Assembly (NCBI GenBank): GCA_900321965.1
Contig: ONYA01000005.1
Coordinates: 7,923 to 71,922, forward strand
Origin: an uncultured Prevotellaceae bacterium
GTDB taxonomy: Bacteria > Bacteroidota > Bacteroidia > Bacteroidales > Bacteroidaceae
Length of the DNA stretch: 64,000 bases
Direction of reading: 5' to 3'
The notes under the pieces are model-generated. The model saw only the letters and a list, made by a program, of their open reading frames with translations. It was not told the origin of the DNA and did not search any database. A program made the position numbers and the translations under genes. Positions 17,710 to 27,367 of this stretch are shown in pieces (position 1 is the stretch's first letter; each line of letters opens with the position of its first letter).

Positions 17710-20370
17710 TTATTCCCTCCTTAATTGATTAAGTTGTTCCTGCCAGGGCACCATCTGCTCGTAGAACAATGCACCATCGATGAGGTGCAGCACGGCATCG
17801 GAAGCCATAAAGATCGTGCGCTTGTTGGTGCCTGCGCTCTCGTCGAGCCAGTACTCGCGGCAGATATTGTTATAGAGTCCCTCGGTCTTGATGACATGGC
17901 GCTGCAGACTGGCATCGCCAGGTTTCTCCTGTGCCAGCACGTCCCAGATGGTCATCTGATTGTCGGCATGGTTCACCCTGATGGGGTAGAAGCGGCCGGT
18001 CTCGGGATTACGCTTCATCGACTCGTAGGAGTTGTCGTAGCTGCCTTCCTCCTTGGCCATGCCCACGGCCACCGAGTGGTCCTGGATATGGTAGCGCAGG
18101 AAGTTGACAATGATATTCTTGATGAGATTCTGAGCCTCCTTGGCCTTGTCCTCAGAGCCCCAGACCTCGTATGTCTGTGCCTCATAGTCATCCCATGTGG
18201 GCAGAAGACCGTCGGCGATGAGCTTGCGGATAGCCTCGTTGGTGGGTACATAGACCGTGTAGTTATAGTTGTCGAGCAGGCTCAGGTTCTGGTTGCCCTG
18301 GTTCTGCTGACCGGCAATATAGGCGCCCTTGTTCAGTGAGGTGGCCAGCAAGCCAGACTTTCCCGACAGCAATTCAAAGAACTCCGAGTACTCTTCATGG
18401 CTCTGCAGAGTCTGGTAGACCGACTTCTGTGAACCATAGAGCGCCTCGCTGTTCAGCTGATAGGCATTACCGTTGGCTTTTTCAAATATCTTGTTGTTGT
18501 CTACAGTCACAGCTCTGTTGTTGTGCTCAATCTGCCAACCGCCAGAGAAGGCCAGGCGTCCCTCGCTGTCGCGGGTGACGCGGATGAGCGTACCGCCCTT
18601 CGACTTATAGTACTCATGACCGTCCTGTACGTCGCCCACAATGATGAGCTGGTCGAGCAGGCGTGTCAGACGATCCTTGACAACGGTCTGTTCTGTCTCC
18701 GACGAGGTACGCGCGCCCTTGGTGACGTTACCGTCGGCATCTATCGTCGATGCATAGCGGCGGTACTGCACCTTTTCGGCTGACGACTTGGTGGCGTTAT
18801 AGTAAAACTCCAACACCGACGGTGCCTCTAAGCCCGACAAGCGGTCGATAGTACCATAGGAAGCCGGGTCGACGTAAGTAAACAGGGCCTCACTCGTCGG
18901 GAGCAGCAGACTGTACTTCGAGTCCATAGAGAGCAGGTATGGCAGGAAGTTCAGATTCTCAATGGCCCAGTAGATGATGTCCATCGTCGTTGTTGAATTG
19001 ACCAGTGCGGGATAGGCCACCGACGAATACTCTGCCGGCGCATATACCTTGTTGACCAGGTAGACCACACCGTTGCAGCCCATGAAGCAGGAGTCGACAT
19101 CCTCGGGCTTGACGTTCAGCTGTTCCTTGGCATCGTCAAGGATGGTATTGAACTTCGAAGGGATAGACGACGAGAACACATCCTGCATGTTCACGTTGAT
19201 GAGCTTGGCCAACATGGGAGCAGGGATGCTGTCCCACGTACCGTACACATTCTGCAGGTCCTTGCCTTCATGGTTCCACCAGTAGTCCAAGGCGTCGTTC
19301 GTAGGCACGAACATGGCTCCGGCATCGTAGTGCAGGTCATAGCCCATGGTATTGGAGTACATATAGTGGTTCCATCCCGGGTCGAACTTCAGCGTGGCAG
19401 AGACCTCTTCACCGCTGGGATCCTTGGTGTTCGCAGCACCGCCTACCGAACGCTTGCTGTAGTAGCGCAGCGAATAGACCGAGTCCTCATTACTGTAGAG
19501 GCGGTTGTACTGGCGAGTGGCGGCGGCATTGTAATACGGTGCCGAGAAGCGGTCGACGAGTTCCGACCATTTCGACATCGAGGGATGCTGGCGCAGAATC
19601 TCCGCCATATTCGGGGAAGCCTCGATGACGCCATCCATCTTGTGGATATAACCGTTCTTGCAGACGATGTCACGGTCGACAATCTTCACGCCATTCACCC
19701 ACGCCTCAGAAATATCGCTGGCGCGACGGTTCGTCAAGATCGACAGGTCATTACTCGTCATATTAATCTTACGCATATAAGCCGGCAGGAAGTGAATCAT
19801 CGGTGCCGACGTCTCATCCTTCAGAATGGGAATACTCTTCTGACGCTGCTTGAAACGCTGCCAAGGAGCCGTGTTAGGCATCAGCTCCGGCTTCAGGATC
19901 TGCACGGAGTCATAGATAGTGACCGCCGTCTCGCGACGCATACACATACCCTCCATCGGCGGATTGCCGCTGACGTTCGAGAGCAGTTCCACCAAATAGG
20001 CGTTTTTCACCATGGAGTTGTTCAGCAACAGCTTCTTCTGTGCCGTCGACAACTGTGCGTAGCTGCTGACGTTCCAGTCGTTGTGTCCAAACCAAGCCTG
20101 AAAGGCGGAGTCTGTTGCAGCAAACAAGGTCCTCGAACCTGTGTGGCTCAGCACCTCACGCTGATCCAGATCGTCAATCAGACGTAGTACGGTCGTGTAG
20201 TTACCGTCGTCCGACAGCCGCTCGTAGATGGAGTTGCCCAGCCAGTCGGGCTGACCCGTCAGCAGCGTGTCGTCATCCTTACACGACTGCAACGACCAGA
20301 CTCCCATCAGCAAGCCGCAGGCGAGCAGTGTCACCCGTCGTCCTTGTCTTACGATTTGTCTTTGTTTCAT
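17710..20370 (-). CDS. Large multi-fasciclin-domain lipoprotein
   Basis: Lipobox LQSC and repeated FAS1-like motifs RTLFAATD, KNGYIHKMD, AMFVPTND, NGVVYLVN, SLLLPT, YTVYVPTNE and DAVLHLID. Confidence 0.82.
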   Translation of the reverse strand: MKQRQIVRQGRRVTLLACGLLMGVWSLQSCKDDDTLLTGQPDWLGNSIYERLSDDGNYTTVLRLIDDLDQREVLSHTGSRTLFAATDSAFQAWFGHNDWNVSSYAQLSTAQKKLLLNNSMVKNAYLVELLSNVSGNPPMEGMCMRRETAVTIYDSVQILKPELMPNTAPWQRFKQRQKSIPILKDETSAPMIHFLPAYMRKINMTSNDLSILTNRRASDISEAWVNGVKIVDRDIVCKNGYIHKMDGVIEASPNMAEILRQHPSMSKWSELVDRFSAPYYNAAATRQYNRLYSNEDSVYSLRYYSKRSVGGAANTKDPSGEEVSATLKFDPGWNHYMYSNTMGYDLHYDAGAMFVPTNDALDYWWNHEGKDLQNVYGTWDSIPAPMLAKLINVNMQDVFSSSIPSKFNTILDDAKEQLNVKPEDVDSCFMGCNGVVYLVNKVYAPAEYSSVAYPALVNSTTTMDIIYWAIENLNFLPYLLSMDSKYSLLLPTSEALFTYVDPASYGTIDRLSGLEAPSVLEFYYNATKSSAEKVQYRRYASTIDADGNVTKGARTSSETEQTVVKDRLTRLLDQLIIVGDVQDGHEYYKSKGGTLIRVTRDSEGRLAFSGGWQIEHNNRAVTVDNNKIFEKANGNAYQLNSEALYGSQKSVYQTLQSHEEYSEFFELLSGKSGLLATSLNKGAYIAGQQNQGNQNLSLLDNYNYTVYVPTNEAIRKLIADGLLPTWDDYEAQTYEVWGSEDKAKEAQNLIKNIIVNFLRYHIQDHSVAVGMAKEEGSYDNSYESMKRNPETGRFYPIRVNHADNQMTIWDVLAQEKPGDASLQRHVIKTEGLYNNICREYWLDESAGTNKRTIFMASDAVLHLIDGALFYEQMVPWQEQLNQLRRE

Positions 20371-20489
20371 ACGTTTTAGGTTTTATTATTACTTTTTGGT
20401 TATATATTGTCGTTATAGTATTTTCTCTTCCGGTGGTCAGACCATCAATAGGTCCAGACGGGTAAAATCGTGTCTTCCATAGTAAAACA

Positions 20490-20530
20490 AAGGAACCGGA
20501 GAGCAGGATTTCTCCCGTCTCCAGTCCCTT
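20490..20530 (-). terminator. Probable intrinsic terminator/attenuator after the secreted-protein gene
   Basis: On the minus strand AAGGGACTGGAGA pairs with TCTCCGGTTCCTT (G:U allowed) and is followed by TGTTTT. Confidence 0.65.
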
Positions 20531-20570
20531 CTTAAAGCGTTTTATAATAACTTGTGAATAGTCGTCATTA

Positions 20571-23500
20571 TTACTTAATAATCACCTTGGTTGTCTTCAC
20601 AGTACCGTCGCTCAGGGTCTGCCTCATAATGGCCACACCCTTCGTCGGCTTGCTGATACGTGCACCGTTCAGGCCGAAGAACTCAACCTTAGCAGCGGCG
20701 GCAGCACTTGCGCTGACGATACCGTCGACGGTAGGAGTCTTAGTGCTGTTAGCACCGTAGTAGGTCAGATGCCAGTTGTCCCAGATACACCAGTTTTCAG
20801 CTTCCTGCACTTCCTTCTTCAGACCGATGCGAGCCTTACCCTCGGCACCAACCGTGAAGATGATGCTCGTGCCACCGAACTTGCCAGCCTCGAACAGGAT
20901 GGAGACGGGAACCATACCGTTAGCCAGGCGGTAGCCTGTAGCAGAGGTACTGTCGGCATCGGCCACAGGTGTGCCAAGCCACATCCACTGCCAGCGGTCG
21001 CCAGCTGTCTCGATATCGTCACCGGCAATGAAGCTCTTACCATCATCACTCTTCAGGTAGCTGGTGTGCTCCTCCTTACCATCCTTAGCCAGACGCGGCA
21101 TCGGAACGTGGATTGAGTTCTCACCCACGGTGACATAGAGTTTCAGGTTGTTATTCTCCGTAGGAGCCTGAACATAAGTGCTGTCATCACGTACGCCGTT
21201 GCCAAAGCGGTAGAAGCCCTGTACGCTTACCTGGTAAGTACCTGCCGGCAGATTCTCCAGATCCTGATACTCGTCGAAGTTCGTGTTATAAACCTCAATC
21301 AAGCCCTTGTTGAAGCCTGGGGTTGCGTCGAGTGTCCAACCGTTGTTGTTACCCTTGTCATAGTCATTGTTGGTGATGATGCTGGTAACATCCATCGGAT
21401 TCGCATCGGTAGCCTGATCCATACCATCGGGAATCTGGAGCTTCTTGATCATAGAAGCAATCTGTTCGAGAAGACCCTCAACGTCAGCGTCAGTATAGGT
21501 GCCGTCGGCAATGCCTGACGTAATCTGCGAGTTCAGCGTCTGAGCCTCCGTAATGGTGGAAACGGCACAGGCAGCCTCGGCAGCAGCGGCAGCAAGCTCT
21601 TCGTTGCGAGCAGCCAGATTCTTGAACTTCTCGATAGAAGCATCGGGATTGACATCAGAAATCTTGGCCAGAGCATTGAACATAGCCTCACCGTCAGTGC
21701 CAGCAACGGCAGCCTTAGCCTCGGCAATGGCAGTGGTCAGAGCTTCCTTCACGTCCTTACCCATCGTCTCGTTCACCTTAGCCTCAGCAGCAGCAATCTG
21801 CTCTTCGAGCACGGGCTTCACAACGTCAGCGGTATAGCCTTCGTACACCAGCTTGAAGTTATCCCAGATAGCCCAGTCGCTACCACCTTCCTGGCCCTTC
21901 ACACCGATGCGCAACTCGTCGCCGGCATTCAGCACGAGACCGTAAGCCTTACTCTTATACTTACCGGCAGCAAATGCCTCGGCAGCCGATGTCATATCGT
22001 TAGGATAGTACAACTCTACATCGTCGGCATTCTTCTGTGCGTCATTACCCTGTGAGTACTTTTCCTCACTCGGATCGTCGTAGACGCACTTCAGGGCCGA
22101 CTGGTTGCTGTTCATATAGACATAGCCACAAGGTGTCTGCTCACCATTCGTATAGAGGGTGTACGAACCGCTCTCAGGACGCATACGGCGATAGAAGCCC
22201 TGCACCTCGATAGAGTACACACCCTTAGGTGCCTTGGTCACAATCTGGTAAACGTCGAAGTTAGAAACGCCGTACTTCTCGAAACAGGTGTTACCACCAC
22301 CAGAACCGGGGACAGGACCGCCCTGCCAGCCTTGGGTGCTCTCACAGTCAGCGTTCTTCAGATACATCTTCGTCACGTCGGTACCCGGCTCAACCTTCAT
22401 GTTGGCCTGCTCAATCCATTCCTGAAGCTTGGCGATGTCGGCAGTCAGCTCCTCATTGGTCAGAGCCACAGCCTCCTTGATTACAGGAGCGTCATACTCT
22501 ACGTACTCGTCGAGTTCGTCGTTACCCTCACCCTTATAGGTCAGAGCGTCATTGAGAAGAGCCTCCCACTGTGCCCACAGGCGTGCATTCTTATAGACAT
22601 TCTCGGCAGCGGCAGCGATAGCGGGCTGGGCCTCGGCCATAGCGGCTACAACCTCAGCCTGACTGCTGACGGTCTTGGCAGCAATGGCAGCTGCAACGGC
22701 TTCGTTGTAAGCTACCATATAGCTCTCTGTCACTGCAGAGTTAATCACCAGCGTGTACTTAGCATCCATATAGCCCTTGTAGGCAGCCTGGAACGAAGCA
22801 GCGGTATTGCCGTAGTACATCAGCGAGAAGGTGTCGAAGATAGACCAGTCGGTAGCGCTCTCCTTGCCTTCCTTATCCTTGCTCTTGGCATTCTTGGCAA
22901 CACCGATACGCATCTTGCCGTCAGTCACCTCGACAACGAGAGCGGTCTTATAGAAGTCTGCCTCCTCATACTGACGGAAAGCCGACGGGTCGTTAGGAAT
23001 ATAATAGGTGGCGCCTTCGTATGACTGGCTGCCCTCAGAGGAGGTCGTGCCGAAATCGGTCTTGCCAGCCATCTTCTGCGTATTCATAGCCGACCAGGCG
23101 TTGTTGAAACGAACGGCTGTAGAGTCCTCACCTACCTTGGCATAGAGTGCGGGGTAAGCTTCCAGATTGGTGCCTTCCATATAGTCGTCCCAAGAGCCGC
23201 GGAAGAAGCTGTTGACACCTAACAGATAAACGCCATTAGGCAGATTCTCGATGTCCTGATAGGTATTGAACGTCTTGTTATAGTGCTCGGCTGCATTGGC
23301 GGGACCATGAGAACCATTACCCGTCATGTTGGGAGCTGTACCCTTCCAGTCTGCGTTGCTGGCATTGTCGAAGTTCGGGTTCTTGATGGCCGACGTGGCG
23401 ATAGATGGGTTCTCGGCGGTACCACTGGCGATGCCACTGTTCAGGGCTTCGTTCAGGGCGTCAATAGCGGCCTTGATATCGGAAGCCGTAGCCTGCAGGT

Positions 23501-24248
23501 TGTTGTACACTGCCACAGCGGCGCTGACGTCAACACCACCTGTCTCAGCCAGTTCGATGAGGTTCTTCAGAGCGGGAGCGGCGTCATAGGCTGCTTTTGC
23601 AATCAGGTAGTTGTTCCAGTCAGCAACGGTGAAGAACTGCCAGTCGATACCTACGCCTTCAGTGGCAGGGTCGAGCAGGTACAGGGTCCAGTCGCTATCG
23701 GTGCCGTTCCAGCCCAAGAAGAAGGTGGTGCTGTTCTTCTGGTTGCTGATGCGATAGGTGTTGTTACCCTGGTCGGCAAACTTCCAGAAGCGGTCATCAC
23801 GGCCGTTGTTGTCGGTCCAGATGTCGCCAACGCCGGTGTTACCACCAAACGAGCTACGGAACTCGCTGAACTTGGGAACCCAGCTCTTCAGTTCGTAGAC
23901 ATCGTCACCCTTGGCTTTAGCTTCGCCGGTCTGCGTGAAGTACATCACGGCAGCAGCATACTCGTTTTTGTCGTCGCCCTCTGTCGATGCCCACGGACCG
24001 ATGCTGGCACGGGTGTTGTAGTTGTTGCCGGCCAGATAGCACTTCTGGGCTGCAACGTTATACATCACGTAAGCCTGATCGATGGCTAACGGAGCGGGAG
24101 TCTTGTCAAGACTCTCAAATGAGGCTGCATCAAGAGCAGCGGCTTCAGCTGGCTTTTCGGGAGCGGTACGCTCGACGAGGTCAGCAGCATTGGCATTGAG
24201 ACCAAAAAGCCCCAACGCACTCAAAACGAATAGTTTAGAGATTCTCAT
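20571..24248 (-). CDS. Secreted surface protein with three repeated beta-rich modules and a probable T9SS C-terminal signal
   Basis: Sec signal peptide. Modules end in WSIFDTFSLMYYG, WAIWDNFKLVYEG and WCIWDNWHLTYYG and are separated by Ala-rich helical linkers. The C-terminus FGLNGARISKPTKGVAIM..KTTKVIIK resembles a Prevotella-type CTD. Confidence 0.7.
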   Translation of the reverse strand: MRISKLFVLSALGLFGLNANAADLVERTAPEKPAEAAALDAASFESLDKTPAPLAIDQAYVMYNVAAQKCYLAGNNYNTRASIGPWASTEGDDKNEYAAAVMYFTQTGEAKAKGDDVYELKSWVPKFSEFRSSFGGNTGVGDIWTDNNGRDDRFWKFADQGNNTYRISNQKNSTTFFLGWNGTDSDWTLYLLDPATEGVGIDWQFFTVADWNNYLIAKAAYDAAPALKNLIELAETGGVDVSAAVAVYNNLQATASDIKAAIDALNEALNSGIASGTAENPSIATSAIKNPNFDNASNADWKGTAPNMTGNGSHGPANAAEHYNKTFNTYQDIENLPNGVYLLGVNSFFRGSWDDYMEGTNLEAYPALYAKVGEDSTAVRFNNAWSAMNTQKMAGKTDFGTTSSEGSQSYEGATYYIPNDPSAFRQYEEADFYKTALVVEVTDGKMRIGVAKNAKSKDKEGKESATDWSIFDTFSLMYYGNTAASFQAAYKGYMDAKYTLVINSAVTESYMVAYNEAVAAAIAAKTVSSQAEVVAAMAEAQPAIAAAAENVYKNARLWAQWEALLNDALTYKGEGNDELDEYVEYDAPVIKEAVALTNEELTADIAKLQEWIEQANMKVEPGTDVTKMYLKNADCESTQGWQGGPVPGSGGGNTCFEKYGVSNFDVYQIVTKAPKGVYSIEVQGFYRRMRPESGSYTLYTNGEQTPCGYVYMNSNQSALKCVYDDPSEEKYSQGNDAQKNADDVELYYPNDMTSAAEAFAAGKYKSKAYGLVLNAGDELRIGVKGQEGGSDWAIWDNFKLVYEGYTADVVKPVLEEQIAAAEAKVNETMGKDVKEALTTAIAEAKAAVAGTDGEAMFNALAKISDVNPDASIEKFKNLAARNEELAAAAAEAACAVSTITEAQTLNSQITSGIADGTYTDADVEGLLEQIASMIKKLQIPDGMDQATDANPMDVTSIITNNDYDKGNNNGWTLDATPGFNKGLIEVYNTNFDEYQDLENLPAGTYQVSVQGFYRFGNGVRDDSTYVQAPTENNNLKLYVTVGENSIHVPMPRLAKDGKEEHTSYLKSDDGKSFIAGDDIETAGDRWQWMWLGTPVADADSTSATGYRLANGMVPVSILFEAGKFGGTSIIFTVGAEGKARIGLKKEVQEAENWCIWDNWHLTYYGANSTKTPTVDGIVSASAAAAAKVEFFGLNGARISKPTKGVAIMRQTLSDGTVKTTKVIIK

Positions 24249-24342
24249 AAGCTTAAAGTTTTTAGATAATAAAGTAGTATATAAATATTGTTAGTATCGG
24301 TTAGTTGCTACGTTTTTTGAGACGACAGCTTGGATTTTTGGG

Positions 24343-24350
24343 CAAAGTTA
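24343..24350 (-). promoter_or_regulatory. Bacteroidota sigma-A -7 box (TAACTTTG) for the fasciclin/SusCD locus
   Basis: Matches TAnnTTTG in an AT-rich intergenic region ~95 bp upstream of 24248. Confidence 0.7.
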
Positions 24351-24450
24351 ATAAATTATTTTAAAACTAACACATTTTTCCTAAAAATTTTTTCCGTAAA
24401 GTGTATTTTTAACAATTATTACACTCCCTATTATAGGGTAGGCATAAGCC

Positions 24451-24526
24451 AAAAAGACCCCGCCCACGTCGCCCATCCCACTCCTAATTTAGGAGCGACA
24501 TGGGTGACGTGGGTGGGTTGTTTTTT
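24451..24526. repeat. Long imperfect palindrome/hairpin
   Basis: 24451-24476 pairs with 24500-24526 and encloses an inner perfect CTCCTAA-T-TTAGGAG at 24481-24495. Confidence 0.75.
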
Positions 24527-24580
24527 TGTTTCGCTATCCTATACGCGCGTAAGGACAACATGAGACATATTGAAAACAAC

Positions 24581-24657
24581 ACGAGAGGCCGTGGCGTTTT
24601 TACGAGAGGCTTGTATTTTTTTACGAGAGGCCGATATTTTTTCACGAGAGGCCGCTA
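24581..24657. repeat. 21-bp tandem repeat (ACGAGAGGCC...TTTTT) x~3.7
   Basis: ACGAGAGGC recurs at 24581, 24602, 24623 and 24644. Confidence 0.85.
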
Positions 24658-24659
24658 CG

Positions 24660-26651
24660 TTAAAACTCCAAGACCAGACTCTGGCGGGGCTTCAGCTCGA
24701 TATTATCCGACAGGTCGTAGTAGCGGCCGGTGAGTACGTCGCGGGCGCGGGTTGCAGAACCGATGACCTCAGCATAGCGTTTCACCTCCATCACGGCAGC
24801 CTTCGTCGTGCCGTTCAGCACAGTGAGCACCGTCTTGGGCTGTTGGCTGTGCTGCGGTTTGGGCTGTTGGCTGTGCTGCGGTTTGGGCTGTTGGCTGTGC
24901 TGCGGCGCTGCCGCAGCCTGTAACCGTCGGGCGATGACGTAGACGCCCTTGTAGGGTATGAACTGCGTCTGACTACCCTGGGTGATGACCTTGTTCCCCT
25001 GACGCCAATGGAGCAGGCGGCTCGTCCACTGGAACATCTGCTGCTCGGCCTTCGTGCGGCCTTCACGGGTGAAGGCACTGCGCTGGTCGCCGGGGAAGCC
25101 GCCGGGGAAATCCTTGCGTACGTTGCCGTCGGTCACCTCCTTGGTGCCGTTCATCAGGATTTCCGTGCCGTAGTACAGCTGCGGGATGCGGTTGACGGTG
25201 AACAGCAGGGCCAGGGCTTGCTTCAGCATCAGCGTGTCACGGCCGTTCTTCAAGAAACGGTCGGTATCGTGGTTGTCGATGAAAGCCATCACACTCGACG
25301 GATTAGGATAGAGGTAGTCATAGACAAACGAGTTGTAGAGCAGGTTCAGACCGGCAAACCAGCCGTCGGTCTCTTCGGTAGCGGCACGGTTAATCTTGTC
25401 GTAGAACGAGAAGTCCATGACGGTCTTGAGATACGAGTTGTGAGCTGAGAGCTTCGAGTCCTTCTGCCAGGCGGCGGTGTAAGCAGGCTCGGTGACCCAC
25501 GTCTCACCCACAGTGTTGAAGTTGGGGTATTCCTCGTCGAGTTCCTTCATCCACTGAGCCATGGCGTCGGCGTATGCGTAAGGATAGGTGTCCATACGGA
25601 TGCCGTCGATGCCGACGGTCTCTATCCACCATTTGGAGTTCTGGATGAGGTAGCGCATCAGGTGCGGGTTATGCTGGTTCAGGTCAGGCATCGTCGGGAC
25701 GAACCACCCTTCCACCGTCTCGCGAAGGTCTACTTGCGAGGCATAGGGGTCGACGACGGGGGTCAGCTTGTACGACGTCTGGAGGAACGAGGTGCCCGTG
25801 GGGTCGCTCGTGCCTTTCGACTCCTTCAACCATTCGGGCAGGTTCAACCAGTCCTTCGTCGGCGGGTCCAGCGTCCAGGGGTGTTCGAAACCGCTGTGGT
25901 TGAAGATCATGTCCATCACCACCTTCAAGCCCTTGGCATGGGCCTCGTCTACCAGACGGCGGTAGTCGGCATTGCTACCGAAACGGGGGTCGACGCGGTA
26001 GTAGTTCGTCGTGGCGTAGCCGTGATAGGTGGAGTAGCCCTGCTCGTTGTCCGGCGAGTCGTTCTCAAGGACGGGCGTCAGCCAGAGGGCTGTCACACCA
26101 AGATCGCAGAAATAGTCCAGATGCTCGCGGATGCCGTTCAGGTCGCCGCCATGCCGCAGCGAGGGCTGTGTGCGGTCTTCCTTATAGGCGCGCATACCCT
26201 TCACCTGCGGGTTATGACCGGCACCCTGGGCAAAACGGTCGGGCATCAGCATGTAGAGTACATCGGCGTTGGTGAAGCCCTTACGCTTGTCGCCGCTCAT
26301 CTCGCGGGCCTTCAGCAGATACGGCACCTTCTCCTCTCTCCTCTTTCCTCTCTCCTCTTTTAAAAACTTCAGTGTCATCGTGCCTGGCTGGGCACCACTC
26401 AGGTTAAGATAAAGCAGCAGGTAGTTAGGGGAGTCGAGGCGCACGATGCTGTCGATAGCGACACCGGGATAGTCGGTGGTCACGCTCTGCACATCGCGGA
26501 TGCCGTTGCCATAGACCATCAGCTGCACCGTAGGGTTCTTCATCCCCACGTACCAGTCAGTCGGTTCAATTCTGTCAATCACTGTTTTCTTAGCTGCCAT
26601 AGCTGTCAGGTTGAGTGCCGCAAGGGCGGTTAGTAAAAGTAGCTTTTTCAT
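24660..26651 (-). CDS. susA: GH13 neopullulanase/cyclomaltodextrinase (SusA-like)
   Basis: Signal peptide, IEPTDWYVGM N-domain, MPDRF, YHGY, DMIFNH, GIRMDT, GETW and FIDNHD. Confidence 0.9.
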   Translation of the reverse strand: MKKLLLLTALAALNLTAMAAKKTVIDRIEPTDWYVGMKNPTVQLMVYGNGIRDVQSVTTDYPGVAIDSIVRLDSPNYLLLYLNLSGAQPGTMTLKFLKEERGKRREEKVPYLLKAREMSGDKRKGFTNADVLYMLMPDRFAQGAGHNPQVKGMRAYKEDRTQPSLRHGGDLNGIREHLDYFCDLGVTALWLTPVLENDSPDNEQGYSTYHGYATTNYYRVDPRFGSNADYRRLVDEAHAKGLKVVMDMIFNHSGFEHPWTLDPPTKDWLNLPEWLKESKGTSDPTGTSFLQTSYKLTPVVDPYASQVDLRETVEGWFVPTMPDLNQHNPHLMRYLIQNSKWWIETVGIDGIRMDTYPYAYADAMAQWMKELDEEYPNFNTVGETWVTEPAYTAAWQKDSKLSAHNSYLKTVMDFSFYDKINRAATEETDGWFAGLNLLYNSFVYDYLYPNPSSVMAFIDNHDTDRFLKNGRDTLMLKQALALLFTVNRIPQLYYGTEILMNGTKEVTDGNVRKDFPGGFPGDQRSAFTREGRTKAEQQMFQWTSRLLHWRQGNKVITQGSQTQFIPYKGVYVIARRLQAAAAPQHSQQPKPQHSQQPKPQHSQQPKTVLTVLNGTTKAAVMEVKRYAEVIGSATRARDVLTGRYYDLSDNIELKPRQSLVLEF
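24835..24918. repeat. REP-like element (24889-24918) with 24-bp tandem duplications of its tail, in-frame in GH13
   Basis: TTGGGCTGTTGGCTGTGCTGCGG x3, the last completed by hairpin GCTGCGGC-GCT-GCCGCAGC. Encodes [28 protein letters not shown]. Confidence 0.92.
26330..26357. repeat. Heptamer tandem TCTCCTC x4 inside GH13
   Basis: tctcctc tctcctc tttcctc tctcctc, translated as EERGKRREE. Confidence 0.65.
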
Positions 26652-26754
26652 ATCGTTTTGTTTTTATCTGTTAGTTCATTGGCTGCCGCTCCGTTGGCTG
26701 CGCCGCCCCGTTGCCGCCGTTGCCCGTGCCGCTGTTGGCTGTGCCGCCTGCCGT

Positions 26755-26784
26755 TGTTGGCTGTGCTGCGGCGGTGCCGCAGCC
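26755..26784. repeat. REP-like element at the 3' end of the transposase CDS
   Basis: TGTTGGCTGTGCTGCGGCGGTGCCGCAGCC, with degenerate partial copies at ~26691-26748. Confidence 0.92.
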
Positions 26785-27367
26785 CTCCGCAATGAGCCTT
26801 GCCAGCTCGTTCATCTCCATGCACATTGCCCTTGTCAGCACGACCTTCCGGTTCTGGTGCTCCCAAGGCGAGAGGATGAGCAGCCGCCCCTCGGCACAGG
26901 CGTCGAAGAACGCGCCGCCAGGCTTGGAGTAACTGCCAAGGCCGTTGGCCGTGATGAGAATCTGGGGCAGGCCGGCATCAAAAGCCGCCCGCATCGTCCG
27001 TTTCTCGCCATCGCTGATGGACGGCGACACCAGCACGGCGCCGCCACGGGCTGCAGCCATATAACCGGCAATGGCCTTCTGGACGTCCGACTCATAGAAA
27101 TGGGTGGAGCACTGCACTTGCTCGATTTTAGGGTATGCCAGCAGGAAACGGTTGCCGACGGCAGAGCAGTTGAAACGGCCGATGCGCAGGCCGAAGCTGA
27201 CGCGGAAAAGTTCCGGGTAGCGACGGCGGAGATACAGGCGGCGAGGGTTGTCGGCTAAGTATTGGCGCCAGCGGTCCAGTTCGCCGCGGTTGCTCAGGAT
27301 GTGGTCGTTGTAGTTGGGCGTCCAGAGGAGGCCGTGCTCCCGGCTTTCGTGGCTGCGGTCCCGTTTT

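Noticed and set aside
24581-24657. Possible CRISPR array
   Set aside because: The period is only 21 bp, there are no spacer-length unique sequences, and no cas genes are in the window.
24330-24923. Small plus-strand ORFs in the repeat-rich intergenic region
   Set aside because: They are translations of the palindrome and tandem repeats, with no independent coding signal.
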